This document shows, one piece after another, positions 7,183 to 14,693 of a DNA stretch of 31,001 nucleotides. Origin of the DNA: a virus. The number at the start of each line of letters is the position of its first letter. Position 1 is the first letter of the stretch. The translations under genes were made by a program, and so were the position numbers. The stretch lies in the IMG/VR virus record IMGVR_UViG_3300002483_000006. One strand, given 5' to 3'. The notes below the pieces were generated by a model. The model was given only the letters and a program-made list of their open reading frames with translations, searched no databases and was not told the DNA's origin.

Positions 7183-7670
7183 AACTGTTCTTTTATATGT
7201 TTTTTTGCGTTTGTATAAGTATTGTATAAGCTGTAATAACTTATATTTGTTTCCCTACTTAATGCGGCCACACTTTTACCGCTGGCACATATTTCAAACA
7301 CCTTGCGGTCGTACCAAAACATATCATCTAAAATAGTATCTATTTGTTTTTTACGCTGCGCATATTCAAGCTCATCAATACCAAGTTCTTCGGCTTGTCG
7401 TAGTTCGTTAATTTCCTCTATATAAGTTTTTAGTTTACGTGCCTCTTTTTTGTATATGTTTAAATAAATACCCCTTAACACTTTATAACAATAGTAGTGG
7501 TTTACGTCATCGCCGTACCAAAGGTCTAAACCTTTTTGGGTGTCTTGTATCAACTGAATGTACATTTCTTGCACAATATCTTCGCTGGTTGCTGGGTTGC
7601 AGCCAAAACTCTTTACAATACGTATCCAGTCTTGGTGTTTAAGGTATGCTATTTCAACTATATTTTTCAC
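7179..7670 (-). CDS. Phage-encoded ECF-like sigma-70 family factor, 163 aa
   Basis: Region-2-like segment SEDIVQEMYIQLIQ...YYCYKVLRGIYLNIYKKE. Region-4 HTH YDRKVFEICASGKSVAALSRETNISYYSLYNTYTNAKKHI. The GTG start overlaps the helicase stop (GTGA). Confidence 0.65.
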   Translation of the reverse strand: MKNIVEIAYLKHQDWIRIVKSFGCNPATSEDIVQEMYIQLIQDTQKGLDLWYGDDVNHYYCYKVLRGIYLNIYKKEARKLKTYIEEINELRQAEELGIDELEYAQRKKQIDTILDDMFWYDRKVFEICASGKSVAALSRETNISYYSLYNTYTNAKKHIKEQL

Positions 7671-8521
7671 AGTTTTTTAGGTACAAAGTATTCTAATGGG
7701 TCATAAATTTCGCCTACAACAAACGGCAAACCAAACTCGTTAATACTAAAGCTAAACGTTTCAAAGGCATAACCCCTTGACCGCTTGCAGCTTACCGTTA
7801 TCCATTCTTTATTAACCGTATTGGCTTCAAGTTGTATTTGTGTTTCTGTCTTTTTTTCTAAAAAGCTACCGAGGTGGCCTGTTGGTTTGTCGCTGCCGTA
7901 ATTACTATGTATTACAGTAACGATATGGCAGTTAAACTTTGCGCTCCACTCCATTATTTTTTGTACACATAGGTTACTTTCCTCAAGGTTGTTTACATCA
8001 CTTACAAGGTCGGCAATACCGTCAATGATAATAAGGCCGTTTTTATCGCCATTTTCTTTTAATATGTACTCAATAAATTCTATACGCTGTTTGTAGTTTA
8101 TTGTTCTTAATGCGTAAGTTTGGTAACACCCTACATCTTTAACATTTGCCATATCAAGCACACGTTTAAAAACCCTTTGGCTGTGCCAATGGCCTTGTTC
8201 TGTATCAAAGTGTATAAGGCACTTGTTATCGCGATGCCCTAAAATCTTACCGCCAAAGTTATTACCGCCGCTTAAATATACGCTTGCAAGTAAACTAACA
8301 AAAAACGTCTTTTTGGTTTTTGGTGGTGCTTGCACGAAGCTGAAGTTTCCGTACGTGCCTATTGGAATAGGGAATGTTTTTTCACCCTGTTTGCTTTGTA
8401 TTGTTTTTTGACCTAAACTCAGCGCAGTTGGTGGGTACTCCATAACTTCGGTCGTGTCTACGGTACACTCCTCTTTTATAAGTTCCATTAACATTTGCTG
8501 CGTTGTTTGTTCTTCTGTCAT
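7667..8521 (-). CDS. RecA-fold ATPase (AAA_25 / DnaB C-terminal-domain-like), probable replicative helicase or helicase loader, 284 aa
   Basis: Walker A-like APPKTKKT, Walker B LIIIDGIADL, then HIVTVIHSN. No primase or Toprim motif is visible. Confidence 0.6.
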   Translation of the reverse strand: MTEEQTTQQMLMELIKEECTVDTTEVMEYPPTALSLGQKTIQSKQGEKTFPIPIGTYGNFSFVQAPPKTKKTFFVSLLASVYLSGGNNFGGKILGHRDNKCLIHFDTEQGHWHSQRVFKRVLDMANVKDVGCYQTYALRTINYKQRIEFIEYILKENGDKNGLIIIDGIADLVSDVNNLEESNLCVQKIMEWSAKFNCHIVTVIHSNYGSDKPTGHLGSFLEKKTETQIQLEANTVNKEWITVSCKRSRGYAFETFSFSINEFGLPFVVGEIYDPLEYFVPKKL

Positions 8522-8550
8522 ATGTTGGTTTTTGTTTTCAGTAAAGTTAT

Positions 8551-8576
8551 AAAAAAAAGGGGGCTGTTAAACCCCC
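8551..8576 (-). terminator. Rho-independent terminator after the SSB gene
   Basis: Minus strand reads GGGGG-tttaacag-CCCCC followed by T8. Confidence 0.7.
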
Positions 8577-8587
8577 TGTAAATAAAA

Positions 8588-8896
8588 TTAAAATGGTAGG
8601 CCGTCTGCCTCTGCTTCAACAGGGTGCTGCTGTACGCCCTCCTGAACTTCTTTTTCTGCGTTTACAATAGTACCGTTATTCCAAACAACTTTGCCGTTCC
8701 CAAGATACAGCTTTTGTTTTTTGGCTTCACGTTCTTCTTGCGTTTGGCTTACAAATACGCCAGTATTATTTCCGTAACGTGTGTCATCGTTTACTGACAT
8801 TGTTAGGTTTACATAAACCGCACCGTCTTTGCCAGCTACGAATTTTTCTTTTGGGAGTTTGTCTACTCTTAGACTAAAGTTAATTAATGCACTCAT
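8588..8896 (-). CDS. ssb: Single-stranded DNA-binding protein, 102 aa
   Basis: Beta-rich N-terminal body with an acidic C-terminal tail ending EAEADGLPF. This matches the SSB C-terminal tip D-D-D-I-P-F. Located in the replication/recombination module. Confidence 0.6.
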   Translation of the reverse strand: MSALINFSLRVDKLPKEKFVAGKDGAVYVNLTMSVNDDTRYGNNTGVFVSQTQEEREAKKQKLYLGNGKVVWNNGTIVNAEKEVQEGVQQHPVEAEADGLPF

Positions 8897-8908
8897 AATT
8901 TATATATA

Positions 8909-9316
8909 TTAAAGGGTTTTAAATTCTGTTTTAGGTTTTTTAAAGCTGTCACTTTCATCTTCGCCAAATACACCAAGTTCGTAAAAACCTGTGAGTTTGA
9001 GTACGGCTCGGCTCATTGCACGTTTTTCGGCCATCTCGGCCACATACCAGCTGTTCGTATTTCCATCTTTATACGTTTCGCCTTTTAATGCGCTGCCAAA
9101 TGTTTCAATACGTTTGCCGTCTTTTTCTGCAAGTGCTTTAAATACTGCAAAATTTGGCTCACATTTAATCACTTCGTAATTAACTGCCATTTGTTCAAGG
9201 GCTTGTATTTTATCAATGCCCTGTCTTGTAATGATAGTGTAATGCTGGTGTTTGAAAAAGTCTTCTTTTGTTAGATTGTACTTTTTGTACAAATCTGTAA
9301 GTTTCTGTTTATTCAT
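8909..9316 (-). CDS. Hypothetical protein, 135 aa, possible Rad52/Sak-like single-strand annealing protein
   Basis: AEMAEKRAMSRAVLKLTGFYELGVFGEDE resembles the conserved C-terminal helix of phage SSAPs. Lies next to ssb. The protein is short for an SSAP, so the call is weak. Confidence 0.3.
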   Translation of the reverse strand: MNKQKLTDLYKKYNLTKEDFFKHQHYTIITRQGIDKIQALEQMAVNYEVIKCEPNFAVFKALAEKDGKRIETFGSALKGETYKDGNTNSWYVAEMAEKRAMSRAVLKLTGFYELGVFGEDESDSFKKPKTEFKTL

Positions 9317-9455
9317 TATTATTGTGGTTTAAATATTCTACTTCTAATATTGCCTCTAAGTATTGTACTCGGCCTTCTAACGCTTCTATTCTTGCGTTTA
9401 AATAGTCAATTGTCGTTGGGGTTGCTGCTCGTTTAACGTCCTCGTAATGTGTCAT
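9309..9455 (-). CDS. Small ORF missing from the supplied track, 48 aa, coiled-coil
   Basis: Hand translation: MTHYEDVKRAATPTTIDYLNARIEALEGRVQYLEAILEVEYLNHNNNE. Fills the 9317..9457 gap and overlaps the next start by 8 nt. Confidence 0.45.
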   Translation of the reverse strand: MTHYEDVKRAATPTTIDYLNARIEALEGRVQYLEAILEVEYLNHNNNE

Positions 9456-9457
9456 AA

Positions 9458-9658
9458 CTATTCTGTAAAGTAATCAAAAGGGTTGTCTAAATAGCCGCAA
9501 AAAATACGCAAGTCCATTACGCTGCCATACTTTAAATCGCTCACAAAAATTTTTGTTTCAAGTTCTTCATAAAGCTGCGTAACTAAATCTGGATAGTCTA
9601 AATTAGCTAAGCTTAATTTGTCTTTGTAAACTGGGTGTAATTTTTCTAATAAAGTCAT
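9458..9658 (-). CDS. Hypothetical protein, 66 aa, first gene of the early block
   Basis: ATG start directly downstream of the AT-rich 9659..9836 region. Confidence 0.55.
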   Translation of the reverse strand: MTLLEKLHPVYKDKLSLANLDYPDLVTQLYEELETKIFVSDLKYGSVMDLRIFCGYLDNPFDYFTE

Positions 9659-9706
9659 TTGTTTTATGTTTTTAAATTAATAATACACAAATTTAAAACA
9701 AAAAAA

Positions 9707-9728
9707 TTAATATAAACAAATTATTTAC
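9707..9728 (-). promoter_or_regulatory. Promoter-like box, copy C (candidate early promoter)
   Basis: Minus strand reads GTAAATAATTTGTTTATATTAA. It resembles the 5' half of the blocks at 6362..6394 and 29319..29351. Lies between the late terminator and the first early gene. Confidence 0.35.
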
Positions 9729-9743
9729 ATATTATTTTTAAAC

Positions 9744-9772
9744 AAAAAAAACCGCCCTAAAAAAAAGGCGGT
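9744..9772 (-). terminator. Rho-independent terminator closing the late (lysis/NinG) transcription unit
   Basis: Minus strand has a 6-bp stem ACCGCC/GGCGGT with a 10-nt loop, followed by T8. Confidence 0.7.
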
Positions 9773-9836
9773 CATTTTCAGCTGGTTAGCTTATGAAAAC
9801 AAAAACAAAGACTTATTAAGGTCTACACAAAAATAA

Positions 9837-10241
9837 CTAATTATCTAAACTATCTATCTTTTCTTTGTAGGTATTTATTAACATTTCTAAATCTATTAAA
9901 TCAAGCTTTACAGTTTCCCTTGTTTTTTGGTGCAGCTGTTCAGCCGTACCGCTGCCATATTTACTGTCTAAATTTATGCTGAATTTATACTGCTCACCGT
10001 ATTTATAGACATTACAACCCACACATTGAACCTGACAATTATTTTCGTCCCAACGTGTAGCCAAGTGTTTACGGCTCATAAAGTGACCGCACTGCATTCC
10101 CTTACCTTTCCAATATTCTTTTTTACCGCAAGTAAAACAAGTAACATTCCCGTTTTTATCAGCATCACGCAAGCGTATATATATGCTAAATACTTCGTCA
10201 AGTTTTGCAATTAATCTTTGTCTTTTTGTTTTTTTCGCCAT
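9837..10241 (-). CDS. ninG: NinG/Rap-family structure-specific endonuclease, 134 aa
   Basis: FSIYIRLRDADKNGNVTCFTCG...CGHFMSRKHLATRWDENNCQVQCVGCNVYKYG aligns with lambda NinG FIRERDRDLPCISCG...AGHYRT...[20 protein letters not shown]. Confidence 0.8.
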   Translation of the reverse strand: MAKKTKRQRLIAKLDEVFSIYIRLRDADKNGNVTCFTCGKKEYWKGKGMQCGHFMSRKHLATRWDENNCQVQCVGCNVYKYGEQYKFSINLDSKYGSGTAEQLHQKTRETVKLDLIDLEMLINTYKEKIDSLDN

Positions 10242-10323
10242 TTGAATAAACCCCAGTTATCTTATATTTATATAACTGTTTTTTTATGTTTTTATTTATA
10301 ACTATTTTTAACTATAAATAATG

Positions 10324-10331
10324 CAAAGTTA
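10324..10331 (-). promoter_or_regulatory. Bacteroidota-type -7 promoter element (TAnnTTTG)
   Basis: Minus strand reads TAACTTTG, inside the 117-bp AT-rich spacer upstream of ninG. No clear -33 TTG was seen. Confidence 0.3.
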
Positions 10332-10358
10332 TATATTTTATTTTAAATAAAAAAAAAT

Positions 10359-10871
10359 TTATTTTTTCCAGTGCTTTGTAATCTTTTCTGCGCTACGCAT
10401 ACCAAAGTAACCGCCATAGACCAATAATAACAGTGAAGAAAGTAGGTCTATCCAGTTTGCGTCTATTTTAAAGCCCTCTATTGAGCTATCTAATATAATG
10501 TAAATAAATAGGGTTGCAGTTAAAAAAGCAAGCGTTAAAGGTCTTATATTGCGTGTTAAATAGCTTTCTGTTTGGTTGTCGCTTACCCATCTTTTTGTGG
10601 TTTCCTGCATTTCTAACATATCGTAACGCAGTTCCTCAAGTAGTAATTCTTTATCAGCTTCGGTTAATTGTGTGCTGCCTTTTATTTGTTTACTTAATTC
10701 TTTTAAACTTTCTATTCCAGTTATACTGCCAGCGGCGTCCAATATGCTTGGGGCTATTGTTTTACCTTGTTTTACAAGCCAGCGCAACGCATCGCCTACT
10801 CTTGTTGTACCGTTTTTTTCTTTATACTTTCCTGGCATAGTTCCAACGTGCTTTAGTTTTGCGGATATCAT
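10359..10871 (-). CDS. Membrane protein of the lysis cassette, resembling the 3-TM GTA-type holin family
   Basis: Soluble helical N-terminus, then WVSDNQTESYLTRNIRPLTLAFLTATLFIYIIL and a second hydrophobic helix LLSSLLLLVYGGYFG. The start is uncertain: ATG at 10871 or at 10838. The track start at 10880 is a TTG. Confidence 0.5.
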   Translation of the reverse strand: MISAKLKHVGTMPGKYKEKNGTTRVGDALRWLVKQGKTIAPSILDAAGSITGIESLKELSKQIKGSTQLTEADKELLLEELRYDMLEMQETTKRWVSDNQTESYLTRNIRPLTLAFLTATLFIYIILDSSIEGFKIDANWIDLLSSLLLLVYGGYFGMRSAEKITKHWKK

Positions 10872-11205
10872 AATGTACAAAAGTGTCGTAGAGCCCCAGT
10901 CCGCCCTGAAGCATTAAACCCATATCAATAAAATCTTCTATAAGTGTAAAAACTTCTATAGGTTTTAAGCTATCTATTGTTATATCAGCGGCCTTTCCTA
11001 AAAGGTGTTGTGAAGTTTTTGAGCCCCCTACTTTTTTGTTATGTTTTGGGCTGCGGTATGCACTGTTAATTCTAACAGGCCTACCAGTATAATCCCTTAA
11101 AAATTGTAATTGCCCAGCCAGTTTAATAATATTTTCATAAACTTCAAGCGGCATTACAGCCCCACTTTTACACTTAAACTCTTTTATTTTAAAGTTCTTT
11201 GTCAT
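10822..11205 (-). CDS. Peptidase M15 (zinc D-Ala-D-Ala carboxypeptidase-like) endolysin, 127 aa
   Basis: FKIKEFKCKSG, YRSPKHNKKVGGSKTSQHLLGKAADI and GGLGLYDTFVHYDIR supply the H-x6-D and H zinc ligands. The ATG at 11205 is preferred over the track TTG at 11250. Confidence 0.85.
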   Translation of the reverse strand: MTKNFKIKEFKCKSGAVMPLEVYENIIKLAGQLQFLRDYTGRPVRINSAYRSPKHNKKVGGSKTSQHLLGKAADITIDSLKPIEVFTLIEDFIDMGLMLQGGLGLYDTFVHYDIRKTKARWNYARKV

Positions 11206-11386
11206 TCTTTTTTTTGTGCGTTTCGTATATCTTTTGAAACGTATATACAATAGAAGCTAATAAAAGAATAATCTTTAGACTATTCTCAACGTGCGTAAAA
11301 CTTACCCCTAAGCTAATAGCATTAAAAAACGCTAATCTCAAATCGCTTACACTCATAACATCAACCCTTTTAAAAATTTGTTCCAT
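11189..11386 (-). CDS. Putative class II-like holin, 65 aa
   Basis: Two hydrophobic segments (LRLAFFNAISLGVSF and LKIILLLASIVYTF) and a charged C-terminus (KKKNDKEL). Overlaps the endolysin start. Confidence 0.5.
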   Translation of the reverse strand: MEQIFKRVDVMSVSDLRLAFFNAISLGVSFTHVENSLKIILLLASIVYTFQKIYETHKKKNDKEL

Positions 11387-11455
11387 TTAGCGATTAACCA
11401 AAATTGTAACGCTTCTATTTTATCTGCTAAGTATCTCAGTCCTTTTACCATTTTA

Positions 11456-11788
11456 TTACATTTTATTTTCTAAATAATCAATACCATAAAAGTTGTGAAG
11501 TGGCTCACCGCTTGGCGTAACCGCATAGCTTTTCCAACCGTATGGGTGTTCTTCTATTCCGTTCCAAACTACATCTATTAAGTATTTTTCACTGAGTACA
11601 GGGTCTTTAATTACATTCCCCTCTGCATCAGTTTCGCCTTCTTCTAATACTTCGTGTCCTAATCTGACAATAGCGTGGCTGTGCGTTGGGTATTCATTAC
11701 CATTCTCATCAGTATCTACCCCTAAGCCTTTTATTTTAGTTTCAGCTTGTTCCTCGCTGTCAAAAATATATTTACCTACTTTTATCAT
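11456..11788 (-). CDS. Hypothetical acidic protein, 110 aa
   Basis: ATG start, 4-nt overlap with the upstream receptor-binding protein gene. Confidence 0.55.
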   Translation of the reverse strand: MIKVGKYIFDSEEQAETKIKGLGVDTDENGNEYPTHSHAIVRLGHEVLEEGETDAEGNVIKDPVLSEKYLIDVVWNGIEEHPYGWKSYAVTPSGEPLHNFYGIDYLENKM

Positions 11789-13551
11789 AGTGTTGTAATT
11801 TCTATTGCTTCTGCATTTGTTAATACTCTATCGTAAACTCTTGTATCGTATACCTTTCCTTCAAAGTTAAAATTCCCACTAACATTTGCAAAATTAAAAG
11901 TATCTAAACCTGTCGGCATATCGCCACTTGTATCTGTAACTCTTAAAACTCCATTTATATAAAAATTAAATTTATTTTCTTCAAAAGTAACTAATATTTT
12001 ATTTCTTGTATCAAAGTTTATAGTTTCAGAATTAAATACGACAATACTATTATTGGCTTCAACAATATATCTAACTTGCGTATTATTGTTTTGAAATTGT
12101 AAAGCAATTCTATTGTCATTTGTTCCATCGTGAATATAAATCTCTCTTTGTGCAGTTGAATTTTTAAAAGGTATTAAATCTATAAACCAACTACCCTCTG
12201 TTATATCAAACAAATCACTATCCCCACCATTTAAACACTCATCTTTTAATCTTGTTACTGTACTCGCTTCTGTTTTAATATAGCTTGAGGCATAATCGCC
12301 TTGCTCTACTTGTGCGCCAAATATGTAAATACCCTCTGTTCCTGTACCTGCATAACCAAGAGTGCCATCTTTACATAATGTAACTCTAATAATTGCACTT
12401 GTTGAAGTAGGTGTTCCTGTTACACTTAATCTTATCCAACCATTACCAAAGTCCTCATAAGCAAATTTGCCAATAGTAGTACCTATATCGCTAAGGGTTG
12501 AAATATCAAATCTAACTCTTGCCCAATTTGTATAGGGTGAGCCATTCTGGGCACATAAAAGTTCTACTTGGCTTAATTCTGACTGTTTTAAAAATATTGA
12601 AAATGTAGCGTCACTTGAAGTAGATAAACTATATGCAATGTCTTGTATATATTTAGCCGCTGAGGTTGTAGTATCAACTAACTTATCAGCACTCAATTCG
12701 CCATTAGGACTTATAATACTATTTGCCTCAATAGTTGAATTTGATTTACTCCAAGCCGCATTATCAAACTGTTCTGAATATACTTGTAAATTTCTACGTT
12801 GTGGCTCTAAAAGTAAACTTGGACAATTGCTATTTAACCAATCTAATCTTGGTACATCTGTAAAAGTTTCTACTGTTTTAGTTTCTGTTGTGCCCTCTGT
12901 TTTTATGTAATCAGATAAAGCACCCTCACTAACCATAGCACCCCAAATATAATATTGTTCGCCATTGTAATTTTGCAACCCAAAACCATAATTTTGAACA
13001 CTTGTTGAGGTTGGTATGTGTTCAGCGCTACATCTAAACCACCCATTTGATAAACTTTCAATAATTGGGTTTGACATTGTTCCTGTGGGTGCGCTTACTG
13101 TTCCTGTACTTAAATTAAAAGTGGCTGTACCTGAACCCCCTGCAAATTTATTAATTACAAACGTTGTTACATTTATTGGCTTTACAAATATTGAAATAGT
13201 ATATCTTTTCCCACTTGTAAAAGATATTCCATCATAAACATAAGAAGTTCCTGTGCCATCGCCTGTTAATTTATCTGCTGTGTTTGTACCGTTTGGTGCA
13301 AGTTCTTGGTCTGCGGTTATTGTTGTTCTTGATTTTGACCAAACAGAATTATCAAACTCCTCACTTCTTGGTTGTAGGTTAGTAATACTGCCTACTGTTT
13401 TAGCTTCCTCTATTAAACCATCTTTGCGTACTCTTGCACCTATTGACTGTCTTTCAAATTCAAAATCGCCTGTAGCATCATTCGGCAAAATAGAATATAC
13501 TTTGCCGCTTTTATATCCGCTTGGTATTAATGCTAATTTAGGGTTGCTCAT
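11785..13551 (-). CDS. Tail fibre / receptor-binding protein, 588 aa, with two tandem beta-sandwich modules and a C-terminal LamG/ConA-like lectin domain
   Basis: The internal repeat spans aa 58-219 and aa 248-429. Paired segments are SEEFDNSVWSK..APNGTNTADKL..NGWFRCS..PTSTS..YIWGAMVSEG..SDYIKTE and SEQFDNAAWSK..SPNGELSADKL..NGWIRLS..PTSTS..YIFGAQVEQG..SSYIKTE. The C-terminal FEGKVYDTRVYDRVLTNAEAIEI is typical of Laminin_G_3-type domains. Confidence 0.65.
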   Translation of the reverse strand: MSNPKLALIPSGYKSGKVYSILPNDATGDFEFERQSIGARVRKDGLIEEAKTVGSITNLQPRSEEFDNSVWSKSRTTITADQELAPNGTNTADKLTGDGTGTSYVYDGISFTSGKRYTISIFVKPINVTTFVINKFAGGSGTATFNLSTGTVSAPTGTMSNPIIESLSNGWFRCSAEHIPTSTSVQNYGFGLQNYNGEQYYIWGAMVSEGALSDYIKTEGTTETKTVETFTDVPRLDWLNSNCPSLLLEPQRRNLQVYSEQFDNAAWSKSNSTIEANSIISPNGELSADKLVDTTTSAAKYIQDIAYSLSTSSDATFSIFLKQSELSQVELLCAQNGSPYTNWARVRFDISTLSDIGTTIGKFAYEDFGNGWIRLSVTGTPTSTSAIIRVTLCKDGTLGYAGTGTEGIYIFGAQVEQGDYASSYIKTEASTVTRLKDECLNGGDSDLFDITEGSWFIDLIPFKNSTAQREIYIHDGTNDNRIALQFQNNNTQVRYIVEANNSIVVFNSETINFDTRNKILVTFEENKFNFYINGVLRVTDTSGDMPTGLDTFNFANVSGNFNFEGKVYDTRVYDRVLTNAEAIEITTL

Positions 13552-14015
13552 TATCTTTCTGTTAAAATTACTGTACTATCCACATAACGCCATATACCGT
13601 TTGACTGCCATCTGATAAATATTTTATCATCTCTACTTATTTCTACATCGTGCGCAAAATCAAATGTTAAGCGCATATTTTCGCTTGGTGTATAAGTTAA
13701 TGTTTTTGTGGCTATTTGTGTTACTTCATCGTTTTTGTATATCTGTATTGTTGCGCTTGTTCCTGTTGGTGTTCCGTATGTTACACCTCTACTTGTATAT
13801 TTATTGGCGGTCATTGTAACGCTTGTCACATAACAATCAAAAGGAACAGGAATACTTCCATAAGAGTATGGGAATTCAGTAGATGCGCCACCTTGATACA
13901 AAGTATAGTTACTTGTACCACCTAAGTAGTGTCTACGATTGAACGCCAATCGTTCAGAGGTAATACCTCTTGTGATAGCGTTTCTTGATTTTTTTTGTAT
14001 TATACTATTTAGCAT
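13551..14015 (-). CDS. Hypothetical virion protein, 154 aa, beta-rich
   Basis: ATG start; its stop overlaps the receptor-binding protein start. Sits in the structural region. Confidence 0.5.
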   Translation of the reverse strand: MLNSIIQKKSRNAITRGITSERLAFNRRHYLGGTSNYTLYQGGASTEFPYSYGSIPVPFDCYVTSVTMTANKYTSRGVTYGTPTGTSATIQIYKNDEVTQIATKTLTYTPSENMRLTFDFAHDVEISRDDKIFIRWQSNGIWRYVDSTVILTER

Positions 14016-14056
14016 CTATATAGGTTTTATAGCAAATCGCTACAGCTTGTTCTTTT

Positions 14057-14191
14057 TTATATTCCTTGCTTATATTTGCCACACATCTCGTCATAAAATC
14101 GCTTTGCTTCTCGTTGGGTTTTGGTTTCGGTATTGGCATTTATATAATTTTTTAGCTTGTTTAAATTTAGCTTTTTTACTTTATATTTCAT
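14057..14191 (-). CDS. Small ORF missing from the supplied track, 44 aa, basic
   Basis: Hand translation: MKYKVKKLNLNKLKNYINANTETKTQREAKRFYDEMCGKYKQGI. TAATG overlap with the upstream stop. Confidence 0.35.
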   Translation of the reverse strand: MKYKVKKLNLNKLKNYINANTETKTQREAKRFYDEMCGKYKQGI

Positions 14192-14691
14192 TAGAGTACC
14201 CAGCCATTAAAAGTTGTATCCGTATCAGGAGTAATATCTTCGTTTGTATTGCTGCGGTATTCTGGGAATAAGTTATGGTTAAAACTTAAATAATCAACCA
14301 TACGTGTTGAATAGTAATTTGCGTATTCCCTTGCTTTTGCAACCAAATAATCAACTTCGTTTTTATCTACGTTTTGTGCCGTTTCGCTGCTGTGCTTAAA
14401 TACACCGCCATTCTTAATTTGATAGGCCGCGAATGGTATATAATTCATTTGAGCAAACCAAATCAACGTAGGTTGTACGTACGTGTTTACAAGTGTTAAA
14501 TAATCACCTGTTAAAGTGTCAGCAATAATATCAGCACTTATTTTGTTGTATAAGTCTGAACCTAAAAGGTTTTGTATATCTATCTGCTGTGCTATCTTGA
14601 TGAACTGAATAAACTTGTCCGTATCTACATTCCCGTCAATGATAGAATTTTTAACAAGGTCAGTTCGTGATATAAAAAGTGCTGTTGCCAT
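14191..14691 (-). CDS. Head-tail connector (gp6-like head completion) protein, 166 aa
   Basis: Immediately downstream of the portal. The N-terminal ISRTDLVKNSIIDGNVDTDKFIQFIKIAQQIDIQNLLG follows the gp6-like connector pattern. Confidence 0.45.
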   Translation of the reverse strand: MATALFISRTDLVKNSIIDGNVDTDKFIQFIKIAQQIDIQNLLGSDLYNKISADIIADTLTGDYLTLVNTYVQPTLIWFAQMNYIPFAAYQIKNGGVFKHSSETAQNVDKNEVDYLVAKAREYANYYSTRMVDYLSFNHNLFPEYRSNTNEDITPDTDTTFNGWVL

Positions 14692-14693
14692 AT

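Noticed and set aside
11353-11451. 32-aa minus-strand ORF (MVKGLRYLADKIEALQFWLIAKWNKFLKGLML) in the gap upstream of the holin-like gene
   Set aside because: It is very short and overlaps the 65-aa ORF start out of frame. Nothing supports it beyond the presence of an ATG. The gap may be regulatory instead.
13577-13585. DnaA-box-like 9-mer CTATCCACA, one mismatch from TTATCCACA
   Set aside because: It is a single isolated copy at the 3' end of the 154-aa gene (13551..14015), with no cluster. It cannot be distinguished from chance.
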